Shown: piece by piece, positions 10,578-23,210 of the stretch
How the letters are laid out: each line of letters starts with the position of its first letter
How positions within the stretch are numbered: the stretch's first letter is position 1
Assembly (NCBI RefSeq): GCF_963921235.1
Contig: NC_086108.1
Coordinates: 88,290,001 to 88,354,000 of the forward strand
Length of the DNA stretch: 64,000 nt
Reading direction: 5' to 3'
From: Mobula hypostoma
Taxonomy: Eukaryota
The notes under the pieces: model-generated
Seen by the model: the letters and a program-made list of their open reading frames with translations, nothing else
Told to the model about the DNA's origin: nothing
Database searches by the model: none
Translations under genes and position numbers: made by a program

Positions 10578-12578
10578 GCCAAAGGTGACACGACTGTGGC
10601 TAACAAGAGAATTCAAAGCCAACGTAAAAGCTAAAGAGAAGGTATATTATAGAGCAAAAATTTGTGGGAAGTTAGAGGACTGGGAACAGAAGGCAACTAA
10701 AAAAGTCATTAAAAAGGTAAAGATGGAATACGAAAGTAAGCTAACCAATAATATTAAAGGGGATATCAAAAGTTTCTACAGATACATAAAGTGTAAAAGA
10801 GAGGCGTGAGTAGATATCAGACCGCTGGAAAACGATGCTGAAGGGGTAGTAATGGGGGACAACGAAATGGTAGATGAACTGAATAAGTATTTTCCATCAG
10901 TCTTCATGGTGGAAGTTCCAGGTGTCAGGGGTCATGAAGTGTGTGAAGTTACCATAACTACAGAGAAGGTTCTTGGGAAACTGAAAGGCCTGAAGGTAGG
11001 TAAGTCACCTGGACCAGATGGTGTACACCCCAAGTTCTGAAAGAGGTGGCTGAAGAGATCGTGGAGGCATTAGTAATGATCCTCCAAGAATCACTAGATT
11101 CTGGAATGGTTCCGGAAGACTGGAAAATTGCAAATGTCACTCCACTCTTCAAGAAGGAAGAGAGGCAGAAGAAAGGAAATTATAGGCCAGTTATTCTGAC
11201 CTCAGTGATTCGGAAGATGTTGGAGTCAATTATTAAGGATGAGACCTCAGGGCATTCGGAGGCACAATGATAAAATAAGCTGACAGGCCATTTTCCTCAA
11301 GGGAAAATCTTGCCTGACAAATCTGTTGGAATTCTTTCAAGAAGTAACAAGCAAGGTAGACAAAGGAGAATCAGTTGATGTTATGTACTTGGATCTTCAG
11401 AAGGCCTTTAACAAGGTACCACACATGAGACTGCTTAACAAGCGACCTCAGAAGTAACATTCAGATTCATTACCTGGTCTTACGATATTACAGGAAAGAT
11501 TCTAGCATGGATAAAGCAGTGGCTGATTGGCAGGAGGCAAAGCATGGGAATAAAGGGAGCCTTTTCTGGCTGGCTGCCAGTGACTAGTGGTGTTCCACAG
11601 GGGTTTGTGTTGGGACTGATTCGTTTTCCATTGTATGTCAATGATTTGGCTGACAGAGTTGATGAATTTGTTACAAAGCTTGCAGATGATATGAAGATAG
11701 GTGGAAGGGCAGGTAGTTTTGAGAAAGTAGAGAGGCTACAGAAGGACTTAGACAGATTAGGAGAATGGACAAAGAAATGGCAGATGGAATACAGTGTCAG
11801 AAGGTCATGCATTTTGGTAGAAGAAATGAAAGGGTTGCCTATTTTTTAAAATGGAGAGAATATACAAAAAGCTGAGGTGGAAAAGTACTTTGGAGTGCTT
11901 GTGCAGGGCTCCCTAAAGGTTAATTTGCAGGTTGAGTCTGTGGTGAGGAAGGCAAATGCAATGTTAACATTCATTTCAAGAGGACTAGAATGTAAAAGCA
12001 AGGATGCAATGTTGAGACGTTATAAAGCATTGGAGAGGCCTCACTTGGAGTATTGTGAGCCGTTTTGGGCCTTTTATCTAAGACAGGATGTACTGAAACT
12101 GGAGAGGGTTCAAAGGAGGTTCACAAAAATGATTCCAGATTGAGTGGCTTGTCTCATGAAGAACGTTTGATGGCCCTGGGCCTGTATTTGCAGGAATTCA
12201 GAAGAAGGGTGACCTCATTGAAACCTATCAAATGGTGAAAGGCCTTGATAGGGTAGATGTGGAGAGGATGCTCTCTATGGTGGGAGAGTCTAATACTAGA
12301 GGACACTGCCTCAGAATAGAGGGGCGTTCTTTTAGAACAGAGATGAGGAGGAATTTCTTTAGCCAGGGAGTGGTGAATCTGGCAGCTTTGGAGGCCAAGG
12401 CTTGATATATATTTAAGGCAGAGGTTGATAGATTCTTGACTGGCTTGAATGGATACAGGGAGAATGCAGAAGATTGGAGCTGAGAGGAAAATTGGATCAG
12501 CCGTGACGGAATGTTGGAGCAGACTCCCTGGACCAAATGGGCTAATTCTGTTCCTATATCTTATGGTCTTATGGTCTT
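10578..12578 (+). mobile_element. CR1 LINE, 5'-truncated, degenerate ORF2 (RT)
   Basis: KSPGPDGVHP, PEDWKIANVTPLFKK, NYRPV, VTSGVPQG, KLADDMK, RPHLEYC motifs across frameshifts; (TTATGGTC)n tail. Confidence 0.93.
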
Positions 12579-13342
12579 GTAATATTACTCATAATCGTGT
12601 CCTCCAGTACATAAGGTGCTTCCATGTAGCACTCATAAATATAAACCCGGTTATAGGACACACACGTGTATCTGTACCAGGAAAACAATTTAATTAATAT
12701 GCTTTGGGTAAAGAACATATTTTGTGTGTGGCTTTTTTAAGAAATTCAGCTTGATTTGGCAATGTAAAACTAAGCTTGATGTAAAAGCAATTTTTGCGTA
12801 ATATCGACGAGATTGGGATGTTATGTATTTATTGAGATACAGTGTGAAATAGGCCCTTCCGAAAATCCCTGGACTGAATCCTTGCCTAATCACAGGACAA
12901 TTTACAATGACCAACTAACCTATGACTGAATTATCAGCCAGTACGTCTTTGGGCTGTGGGAGGAAACCCACACAGTCACAGGGAGAGCGTAAAAATGTGC
13001 ATTTTCATTTACACTAGTTATATGTTCTTCTCTCATTACTTGCTGAAGAATGAATATTTCACCTGCATGTTACCTTACATCATGCTTGACAGTGAGCAAA
13101 GAATTTTGTCAGAAGTACATGTGGTAAGATAGTTCGTACAGATACCTATGCTTTGCTTTGGAGGTAGTTCTGGCTAACTACTGAGATATCTGCACTTACA
13201 GATTGGAAGCATATTGGGTAATCCCAGTATACACGTGTGGTTTTGTTTGAAACATTTATTCATTGAACATTATTAGTGAATGTTAGTTATTATTATAAAA
13301 AAGTGACATGCACACAGTTTGTCACAATAATTTGTTTTGCAG

Positions 13343-13414
13343 GTAAAGCCCTTGATTTGGATTGAGTCAGCAATTGAGAAATATTCACACAGCAGGGTGG
13401 AGATTATGATAAAG
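13343..13414 (+). CDS. ap1m3: AP-1 mu1 coding exon (exon 8 equivalent)
   Basis: ttgcag|...aag|gtaaga, 72 nt; VKPLIWIESAIEKYSHSRVEIMIK. Confidence 0.95.
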
Positions 13415-13559
13415 GTAAGATTGACGGTAAAAACCCTGTTATGGAGGTTTACTACGTTTCCTCAAGGATTCTGGCTCCTATTGTCTGTTCTGAAGTTCAC
13501 AGAGTCGCATTGTCTAATGAGGGTGTGGGTCCATAAATCTTGTATGAAACACAGTTCGC

Positions 13560-13930
13560 AGCTTTCTGGCTCCACTCCTACCCCTTCTCCTCAACTGCTC
13601 ATTACCTCCATCTGAGGCCCCTCCTCCTTCCCTTTCTCTCATGGTCAACTCTCCTCTTCTATCAGATTCCTTCTTCTTCAGCCCTTTACCACTTCCCATC
13701 TTCTCACTTTGTTCCTCTCCCCAAACCACCCACCTTTCCCCCTCACCTGGTTTCAACTATCACTTGCCTGTTTGTACTACTTCCTACCTATACCCCCACC
13801 TTCATATTCCTGTTTCTTCCCCCTTCCTTTCCAGTCCTGATGAAGGGTGTCAGCCTGAAACCCCAACTGTTTATTCCCCTCCATAGATGCTACCTGACTT
13901 GCTGAGCTCCTGCAGCATTTTGTGTGTGTC
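13560..13930 (+). mobile_element. PLE 3' region (pyrimidine tract plus terminal repeat with degenerate hammerhead)
   Basis: CAGTC-CTGATGA-agggtgtcagcct-GAAAC at 13832-13861; same layout as 46865-47290. Confidence 0.75.
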
Positions 13931-14274
13931 TCTATTCCCAATTTTCACCCCTTCCACTTCTCCATTCCACTCCTGGGCTACAGCCTGTTGATCCTTGATC
14001 TAAATGGCCAAGCTCATCTGGTGGCTGTACAGTCCCCAGCTAAGACAGCCCAGCAAGATTTAAGAGCACAAGATGGACCAGGAGGTTATTCTTCTCCTCA
14101 GGCCTACTCTGCCATTCAGTTACGTCCCAATCACTTTCGTTACAGATATATCAGTTCATAAGATGCTGATTTAGTGAGCTTAGTGCTCCAGCCCTCCCCA
14201 AACACACTATTTATTCTAACAAACAGCACTGATCATGGAGTCCAATCCTAATCGCTCCCTGTATGAAGCCACAA

Positions 14275-16058
14275 GGGGGGAGAAGATGAAACATGAAGAT
14301 AAGCTATCCAATAATATCAAAAATAATATCAAAAGTTTTTCTCAGATCAATAAAGAGTAAATGAGAGGTGAGAGTAGAGATTGGATTGCTGGAAAATGAT
14401 GCCAGACAAGGAAATGGCAGGTCAACTGAATAAGTATTTTGCATCAGTCTTCATTGTGGAAGACGCTAGTAGTATGCTGGAAGTTCAAGGAGCAGAAATG
14501 ACTGCAGTTGCTATTACTAGGGAGATGGTACTTGGGAAACTGAAAAGTCTAAATAAGTCACTCGAACCTGATGGACTACACTCCAGTGTTCTAAATGAGG
14601 TAGCTTGAAGAGATTGTGTAGGCATTAGTAACGATCTTTCAATAATCAATAGATTCTAGCATATTTCCTGAGGACCGGAAAGTTGCAAATGTCACTTCAC
14701 TCTTCAAGAAGGGAGGGAGGCAGAGGAGAGGAAATTATAGGCCACTTAGCCTGACTTCAGTGGTTGGGAAGATGTTGGAGTCGATTATTACGGACGTGGT
14801 TTCGGGGTGCTCTGAGGCGCATAGCAAAATAGGCCAAAGTCAGCATGGTTATCTCAAGGGAAAATCTTGCCAGACAGATCGGTTGGAATTCTTTGAAGAA
14901 CTAACAAGCAGCATTGACAAAGGAGATTTGGTGGATGTTGTGCAAGGTGCCGCACGTGAGTCTGCTAAATGAGGTAAAAGCCCAGGGTATTACAGGAAAG
15001 ATACTAGAATGGATAGAGCGTTGGCTGATTGGCAGGAGGCAAAAAGTGGGAATAAGTGATCTTTTTCAGATTGACTGCCAGTCACTAGTGGTTTTCCAAA
15101 GGGGTCTGTACTGGAACCAGTTCTTTTTATGTTACACATTAACAATTTGGGTGATGAAATTGATGACTTTGTGGCAGGTAGCACTGAGGAAGCAGAGAGG
15201 TTGCAGAAGGACTTAGATTAGTAGAATGGGCAAAGAGATGGCAGATGGAATATAGTGTCGGAAGTGTATGGTCATGCACTTTGACGGAAGGAATAAAAGC
15301 ATAGACTATTTTCTAAATGGGCAGAAAATTCAAAAGTACAAGGTGGAAAGGGATTTGGTAGTCCTCGTGCAGGATTCCCAGAAGGTTAATTTGTGGGTTG
15401 AACAGGTGGCAAGGAAGGTAAATATGATGTTTGCATTCACTTCAAGAGGACTTGAAAATAAAAGCAAGGATGTAATGCTGAGTCTTTATAAGGCACTGGT
15501 GAGGCACTTGGAGTATTGTGAGCAGTTTTGGGCCTCTTATTTAAGAAAAGATGTGCTGATATTGGAGCGGGTTCAGAGGAGGTTCACGAGATTGATTCCG
15601 GAATTAAAGGGTTATCATATGAGCAGCCATTGAAGGTTCTGGGCCTGCACTCACTGGAATTTAGAACAATGAGGGGTATCTCAATGAAACCTATCAAAGG
15701 TTGAAAGGCCTAAACAGAGTGGATGTGAAGAGGATGTTTCCTTTGGTGAGGGAATCTAGGACTAGAGGGCACAGCCTCAAAATAGAGCGAAATCTATTTA
15801 GAACAGAGATGAGGAGGAATTTCTTTAGTCAGAGGGTGATGAATCTGCAGAATTCATTAACACAAGCAGTTGTGGAGGCCAGGTCATTGGGGGCAGTTAA
15901 GGCAGAGGTTGATAGATTCTTAATTAGTCAGGGCATGAGGGCTATGGGAGAAAGCAGGAGAATGGGGTTGGGAGAAAAATGGATCAGCCGTGATGAAATG
16001 GTGCAGCAGACTCGAGGGACTGAATGGCCTAATTCTGCTCCTTTGTCTTATGGTCTTA
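14275..16058 (+). mobile_element. CR1 LINE, 5'-truncated, degenerate ORF2
   Basis: QSQHGYLKGKSC, HLEYCEQFW, ERVQRRFTRLIP, EMRRNFFSQRV; TCTTATGGTCTTAT tail. Confidence 0.92.
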
Positions 16059-16994
16059 TCGCGTGCTTTCATACCATTGTGAAGAACAGTCATACCATAG
16101 GCAAATATTTAAGGCATCCCTGCCAAGGAACCTCAAAAAAAATTGGCATTAACTATTTCCTTTATGCTAAACAGCAAAATGTTCAGAGGCTTTGCTATAA
16201 ATAGTCAATACTGTCGTGTTAAGACAAGGTGTGGAGCCAGAACAAGTATGGTTGAGCAAAGGGCAAAAAAATAACTGAGTAAGCGATGGAATGTAGCACA
16301 TCTTAAAGTCAAGGTGTATCTGACAGCATCTTGTTTATCCACTCTATTTACAACAGTGGTGATTAGGGGAAGAAACAACACACTGTGATGAAATATGTGG
16401 AATTTGAAACATATTTATTTAGTGGTGAGTGTTCACCAAAAGAAAACTTCTGAGCACCTGCTGAGCCTGTTGCCATTTGGGAAAAGCACAGATGCTAGGA
16501 AAGGAGCTGAGAAATGCACGATCAGAGACAAACAACAACAGCAGAAGAGCTGAAGAGACGGGGGAACAAAAGGGCTGCACGTCTCCAGAATGACGACGAG
16601 AGGCATGAGGGTGGCAGATAAACCAGAAATGATGCCATCAAAAGTGTCCTTCGTTAAAAAAGGAGCAGCTATGTTTGCTTTGCTACGTGTTGTTCTTCAA
16701 TAAACTGAGGTTTTGTACTTCAGTTTCCAAAGCAAAGCCATACCAATAGCATTCAGGAAAATTTAATGTTCATCCTGGTCACATCAGATTGCACTACCCT
16801 TCTCTCATAGGGTGCCCCAACGGGTCACCCCATTGTCTAGTTACGAATATTACTGAGATCATTCCATTGAGCAGGTATAGCTTTGATCTCTCAAACTGAT
16901 ACATTAATTTACAATGCCTGTTCCTAATCTACTATATGGTATATTTAGTATAAATCTTTTGACTTAAATTACTGTTAATTTTGTGTGTGTGTGT

Positions 16995-17828
16995 TGTTAC
17001 AAAAATCACCCCTTGTAATAATTATCAGTGAGGCACGGAGAATCTGTATTTACTGATAAGCAACTTTTATTGTTTCAACTAAAAAGCACGTGGGTTTGCA
17101 AATTATCTACCTGTGTGCACCCTACTAGATATCCCTGACCCTCCATGAACAGTCAATGCAGAGAAAAGGTATTACCCGGGAAAGGAATCTATGCTGGCCA
17201 GGCTTTCCTCGTGGTCCCAATCTCCTCGCGTCTTTGGGGTCCTCCTTTCCGCGATGGTTGGTCTCTGGTTGCTGGAGATTCATCATCTCTACGTATTGAG
17301 AGCTCCTGAGTCTTACACTGTTCCTCATCATTTGAACTGTTGGATCTCCATCCCGTTGGCTCAAGGTCACCTGACCTACCTGGGTCACCTTCTTGCTAGT
17401 CATTGTACAGGGCTAAAACCCACATTGTTTCATGGTTCTGCCCACCCCAGCCTTGTGTATTTGTGTCGACGCTGACTGATCCAAACCAGTTAAATGAGAC
17501 AACCCAACCCAGATCGAGTCTAACGACATTACTGATTGCTTCTTTGATAGGTCTGGCATTTCACATAATCAGTAGCTACTCTTCTTGTTTCAATGATCTC
17601 AGATTTAGTCGGTCAGTACCTGAAGTTTCTTGTGTCCGCATTCAGTTGCTCTGATTAGATTGTCCCAGAGTCAAGAATTAGTTTAGAGTCCACACCCTTC
17701 ACATAACAAATAGCTACTTGTTTGAGAATAGTCTTAGGTTTAGCAGGGCATCACCTGAAGTTTCCTGTGTCCACATTCAGTTGCTCTGATTAGATTATCC
17801 AAGAGCAAGAAACAGTTCACAGTCTACA
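16995..17828 (-). mobile_element. Putative solo LTR with an internal ~135-nt tandem duplication
   Basis: TG...CA ends, minus-strand AATAAA near 17066-17071, duplication at ~17560-17694 and ~17698-17828; no clear TSD. Confidence 0.4.
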
Positions 17829-18085
17829 AAATGGGGGGAAACAAAGACAAATGGTTTGTCTGCTTCCCCTGTTCTTGATTAGACTGTAGTTTCTTATGGC
17901 CGTGTGTGTGTGTGTGTGTGTCTGTGGTGTGTGTGTTGGGGGTGGGGTGGTTTGGAATTCGGCGTGCTTTTGCCTGTAAGGATTGTTATCGGGTTTTTTT
18001 TGGAATGTGTTTATGTCACATATCTATTATATCTTCTTGTTACCTTAATTTCATAACTGAAATTGTTGTACTTCCTCAAATTCAG

Positions 18086-18244
18086 GCAAAAAGTCAATTT
18101 AAGCACCGTTCTACTGCAAACAATGTCGAGATATTTGTGCCAGTTCCTAGCGATGCTGACTCACCAAAATTCAAGACCAGTACCGGCAATGCAAAGTGGC
18201 TGCCAGAAAAGAATGTTGTTGTCTGGTCGATCAAGTCTTTCCCT
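18086..18244 (+). CDS. ap1m3: AP-1 mu1 coding exon (exon 9 equivalent)
   Basis: ttcag|...cct|gtgagt, 159 nt; AKSQFKHRSTANNVEIFVPVPSDADSPKFKTSTGNAKWLPEKNVVVWSIKSFP. Confidence 0.96.
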
Positions 18245-18953
18245 GTGAGTAATATGTGGATGGTTGAAGATAGTGCTGTCATAGTGGTTCAGCAAACCAG
18301 AACGGGTAAGGTGTCTTTATCCTGCCCTTCCGCTGTTTAAACACTGGGAAAGGTGAAGCTGCAGGAGCTTCTCAAAGGGAGGTCTACGCAACAGATTTGG
18401 TGAAAACCTTTGAACAGTTTTCTGGGATTACAACTTGACAAATTTTCCATCCAAATTACTCTAGTCCAAGTAGAATGGAGAAATTATTAAGATTGATATA
18501 TTATTTGAATTATTTGGATTATTTACTCTGGGTAGGAAAGCAGTTATTTTATTTAAGAAAATACATTTATTTCCATGTTGAATTTCATGTCCATCATGAG
18601 AAGTCGTAGAGCAATTTATACCCAATGAAGTATACCTGAAGGGTAGTCAATATAGTAGTTTAAGCAATGTGGCAGCCTGTTTGCATCCAGAATATACAAC
18701 AGTGAAATAACAACTATATTATATAAAATATTGAATAAGGGATAAATATTGAAAAGGATTCCTGTCCTCCATCAACCGGGAAATGCCCTCTTCTCGGGAA
18801 GGAGGTACAGGAGTCTGAAGACACGCACCCACCATTTTAAGAACAGCTTCTTCCCCCCTCCCCCTCATCAGATTTCTGAACGGACAAGAAATCAACCCAT
18901 GAACTCTATCTCACTATTTTTTTTTACTCTTTTTGCTCTACTTATTTAATATA

Positions 18954-20453
18954 CAGTATTCACCCTCCCACTTGGAAATATTTGTGTTATATTGCTTTAC
19001 AACATTGAATCACAGTGGATTTAATTTGGCTTTTTTTTGACACAGATCAACAGAAAAAGACTCTTTCACGTCAAAGTGAAAAGAGATCTCTACAAAGTAA
19101 TCTAAATGAATTAAAATAAAACTCAAAATAACTGATTGTATAAGTATTCACCCTCTTCAAGTCTGTATTTAGTAGGTGCACCTTTGGAGGCAATATACAG
19201 ACTTGAGTCTGTGTGGAGAGGTCTCTATCTGAACACTACAATTTTGCCCCATTCTTCTTCAGAAAACTGCTCAAGCTCTATCAGATTACATGGGGAATGT
19301 AAGTGAACAGCCATTTTCAAGTCGAGCCACAAAATCTCAATTGCATCGAGATCTGAACTCTGACTTGACCATTCCAGGACATTAACTTTATGGTTTTTTA
19401 AGCCATTCCTGTGTAGCTTTGGCTTTAAGCTTGGGGTCCTTGTCTCGCTGGGGAAAAAAACATTCTCCCAAATCGCAGTTTTCTTACAGACTGCATCAGG
19501 ATTTCCTCCAGGATTTCCCTGTATTTTGCTGCAATCATTTTATCCTCTACTTTCACAAGTCTTCTAGGGGCCTGCTGCAGTGAAGCAGCCACCACCATGC
19601 TTCATGGTAGGGATGGTGTGATTTTGATGATGTACGGTGTTTAGCTTACACCAAACGTAGCCAAGATTTCATGTGAGTTTCTTTCAACACTGGCTTTCTC
19701 TTTGCCACTCTCCCATAAAGCTGCAACTGGTGAAGCATCTGGGCAACAGTTGTTGTATGCACGGTCTCTCCCATCTCAGCTCTGAAGATTGTAACTCCTC
19801 CAGAGTTGTCATAGGTCTCTTGGTGACCTCCCTCACTAGTCCCCTTCTTGCACGGTCACTCAGTTTTTGAGGATGGCCTGCTCTAGGCAGATTTACAGCT
19901 GTGCCATATTCTTTCCACTTCTTCATGATTGTCTTAACTGTACTCCAAGGGATACTCAGTGACTTGGAAATTTTCTTGTATCCATCTCCTGGCTTGTCCT
20001 TTTTGATAACCTTTTCACAGAGTTGCTTGGAGTGTTGTTCTGTCTCCATGGTGTAGTTTTTGCCAGGAGACTGACTCAACAGCAGCTGGACCTTCCAAAT
20101 ACAGGTGTATTTTTACTACAATCAATTGAAACACCTTGTCTGCACAGGTTTTCAAAAATAGATATTCATTTAGCTAACCGTGTGACTTCTAAAACCAATT
20201 GGTTGCACCAGTGATGATTTGGTGTGTCATATTAAATGGGGGCGAATACTTTTATCAATTATTTTGTGTTTTATACTTGTAATTAATTTAGATGATTTTG
20301 TAGAGATCTGTTTTCACTTTGGCACGAGAAAATGTTTTTCTGTTGATCAGTGTCAAAAAAAAGCCAAATTAAATCCACTGCGATTCAATGTTGTAAAATA
20401 ATAAAACATGAAAACTTCTGTGGGGGGGTGGTGAATACGTTTTATAGGCACTG
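18954..20453 (-). mobile_element. Tc1/mariner DNA transposon, Passport-like IR/DR type, defective
   Basis: TA-CAGT...ACTG-TA ends; ~200-nt TIRs with repeated GTATTCACC; paired-like HTH ORF 19684-20079 (GYKKISKSLSIPWSTVKTIMKKWKEYGT...RPMTTLEELQ). It interrupts a Rex1/Babar tail (18750-18950 and 20456-20566). Confidence 0.92.
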
Positions 20454-20887
20454 TATATATAGAATAATTATTGTATTTTATAGTTTTTTGTGTATTTCAC
20501 TGTACTGCTGCCGCAAAACAACAAATTTCACAACATATGCCCGTGATATTAAACCTGATTCTGAATCTGGGCAACTGTTATATCTTAGCCAAAGAAAGAG
20601 GCTGAGCTTTTTTATTTTGACAGTTTTATTAATCGCATTGATGCATCAGCACAGATCGAGCAACCACAACTCTTAAGAGAAAACAACAATGGCTTCTGCC
20701 AGAGTTCCAGCTGTAACAAGATAATCACCAGTTGATTAATGGCCCCTGAAAGACTTGGGAAAAGTAGCAGTTATGTATTATAGAGAACTCTCCTTTCTCT
20801 CTTCACACTGGTGCCGTATTTTATATCTCCATCTGAAAGGGTAATTTAATGTCTCGTTTGAGAACCAGCACCTCCAACAATTTCCGT

Positions 20888-21160
20888 GGCATGGTGACAT
20901 AGTGGTCAGTGCAATGCTTTACAGTACCATTGATCTGGGTTCACTTCCTGATGCTGTCTGTAAGGAGTTTGTGCATTCTCCCTGTGACCGTTTGGGTTTC
21001 CTCTGGGTGCTCTGGGTTTCCTCCCACAGTCCAAATACATACTGTTTGCTAGGCTAATTGGTCAATATAAATTGTCCCATGATTAGGCCAGGGTTAATTC
21101 AGGGTTTGTTGGGCAGGTGCAGCTTGAAGGTCCTGAAGGACCAATCCTGCGCAATCTCAA
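20888..21160 (+). mobile_element. V-SINE (HE1-like) tRNA-derived SINE
   Basis: A/B-box-like head and V-domain core GGGTTTCCTCTGGGTGCTCTGGGTTTCCTCCCACAGTCCAAA. Confidence 0.8.
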
Positions 21161-21674
21161 TAACTATTGTGTTGTAAACTTCAGAAACTCTTGTGTCTCC
21201 ATTTCAGGAATGCTTTCAAGTTTAAGTGTATTGTCATTCAACCGTATACAATTATACCAGCAAATAAACAATGTTCTTTTGGACCAAGTTATACAACACA
21301 GTACATATAACTCATACACAACATATAGAGTAATATTACCATAAATTAATCACAAATAGTGTGATATTTCCCAAAGATTGATATTTAACATAAGGTGCAT
21401 TTATGACACAAGTTAAAAAGTAAACAGTATATCACTATACTGGTCAGGACAGTCTGTATGGTGCTCTTGTAAAAATTAGTCAGAATGGTGTGGTGGGGGG
21501 TGGGGGGAGAGAGATGTGGTGCTCACCTGCTTCAGTCTCCTCAATAGTACCAACACTTAAGTGGAATATGAAATCTGTACCAAACTTGCCAGCAGTGCTA
21601 CATTCTGCTTTTGTGAACACTTGGGCTTATTCCAGCATTTGTAATATTGCCCAATTTTTTTTTTGTCTTTTCAG

Positions 21675-21800
21675 GGTGGTAAGGAGTACTTGATGCGGGC
21701 ACACTTTGGTCTCCCAAGCGTTGAGGGAGAAGAGCAGGAGGGAAAGCCGCCCATTACCATCAATTTTGAAATTCCATATTTTACTGTCTCTGGAATTCAG
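21675..21800 (+). CDS. ap1m3: AP-1 mu1 coding exon (exon 10 equivalent)
   Basis: tttcag|...cag|gtcagc, 126 nt; GGKEYLMRAHFGLPSVEGEEQEGKPPITINFEIPYFTVSGIQ. Confidence 0.96.
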
Positions 21801-21961
21801 GTCAGCATTTCAGTTAAGGGAGGAAGCTGGAGTTTCCAATTTTACATTCTTTTTGTTTGTTTCCAGAAACTTACAATTTTGTTCATTTGCATTAAAATAT
21901 AGCACTTGGCTTTGAAGAAGTTCCTACAGACTGCTGACCAATCCTGTTAGATTGTAGTTAC

Positions 21962-22505
21962 CTATTTTAACTCTACTTCCACTTCCCATTCTGACATGTC
22001 TGCCCATGGCCTCCTCTGCTGCCTTGACGAAGCCAAACTCAAGTTGGAGGAGCATCACCTCATATTTCTTTTGGGTAGCCTCCAAACTGAAGGCATGAAC
22101 ATTGGCTTCTCGAACTTCTGGTAATTTCTTCCCCCCTCCCTCTTTCTTCCTTTATCCATTCCTCAATCTGGCTCCCCTCTCACCCATTCTCCTCTCCTCA
22201 CCGGCTCATCACCTCCCTCTGGTTCCCCTCCTCCATCCCTTTCTTCCATAGTTCACTGTTCTCTCCTATTCGGTTTCTTCTTCTTCTGCCCTTTACCTCT
22301 TCCAAGCATTCCCTCCCATCTTCTTACTTCAGCTCCCCCCATCACCTGATCTCACCTATCACCTGCCAACTTGTACTCCTTCCCTTCCCCCACCTCCTTA
22401 TACTGGCTTCTGCTGCCTTCTTTTCCAGTCTTTTTCAGGCCTCAGCCTGAAACATTGAGCATTTTGTGTGCGTTGCTCAAGATTTCCGGCATCTACAGAA
22501 TCTCT
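21962..22505 (+). mobile_element. PLE 3' fragment (GIY-YIG C-terminus, pyrimidine tract, deleted terminal repeat)
   Basis: Aligns by eye with 46700-47290 (HSDMSAHGLL...LEEHHLIFLLGSLQTEGMN). Confidence 0.8.
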
Positions 22506-22719
22506 TACCTAATTTTGCCTATCACCAAAAAATTCATGAAACACCATACAAATTGAAGCAAAAATAAAAATTTTAAAAATTATGTCTAATTATAGTTGCA
22601 ATTTCCTGTCATGACTCTCCCTCCCTTTCTCCAACTCTTCTTCTCTCCCTGCTTATTCTCTCACTCTCCTCCTTCACTCTTCCTCCTTTCTCTGTGTCCC
22701 ACCTTCCCCAAACTTCCTT

Positions 22720-22978
22720 CAACACACATCAAAGTTGCTGGTGAACGCAGCAGGCCAGGCAGCATCTTTTTTTTTGGAGAATAATATGTTGGACCTGGAG
22801 GCTGGTGGGGTGGTAGGTGAGGACCAGGGGAACCCTATTCCTAGTGGGGTGACGGGAAGATGGAGTGTGAGCAGATGTACGTGAAATGGGGGAGATGCGT
22901 TTGAGAGCAGAGTTGATGGTGGAGGAAGGGAAGCCCCTTTCTTTAAAAAAAGGACATCTCCCTCGTCCTGGAATGAAA
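22720..22978 (-). mobile_element. PLE internal ORF fragment fused directly to a terminal-repeat end
   Basis: Minus ORF FFKERGFPSSTINSALKRIS...RVPLVLTYHP, then an A-run, then the pLTR 3' end. Confidence 0.8.
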
Positions 22979-23134
22979 CTCCTTCCCTCTGTTTTGCTGT
23001 CCTCTCCCTCTTCCCCCACCTTTCTATACTCTAGCCCCAGCAGAGAAAAGTTAAAATGACAGTTGTAATATGAAATATCACTGGAAAATGTTTGGGAAAA
23101 TTCACTACATGCATGCTTTTTTATCGCCCACTAG

Positions 23135-23210
23135 GTCCGCTATTTGAAGATCATCGAGAAGAGCGGTTATCAAGCTCTCCCTTGGGTCCGATACATTACC
23201 CAGAGTGGAG
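23135..23210 (+). CDS. ap1m3: AP-1 mu1 coding exon (exon 11 equivalent)
   Basis: cactag|...gag|gtaagc, 76 nt; VRYLKIIEKSGYQALPWVRYITQSG (read manually; not in the ORF track). Confidence 0.96.

Noticed and set aside
20888..20960. tRNA genes (also 58808-58870)
   Set aside because: Only SINE heads; no complete cloverleaf.
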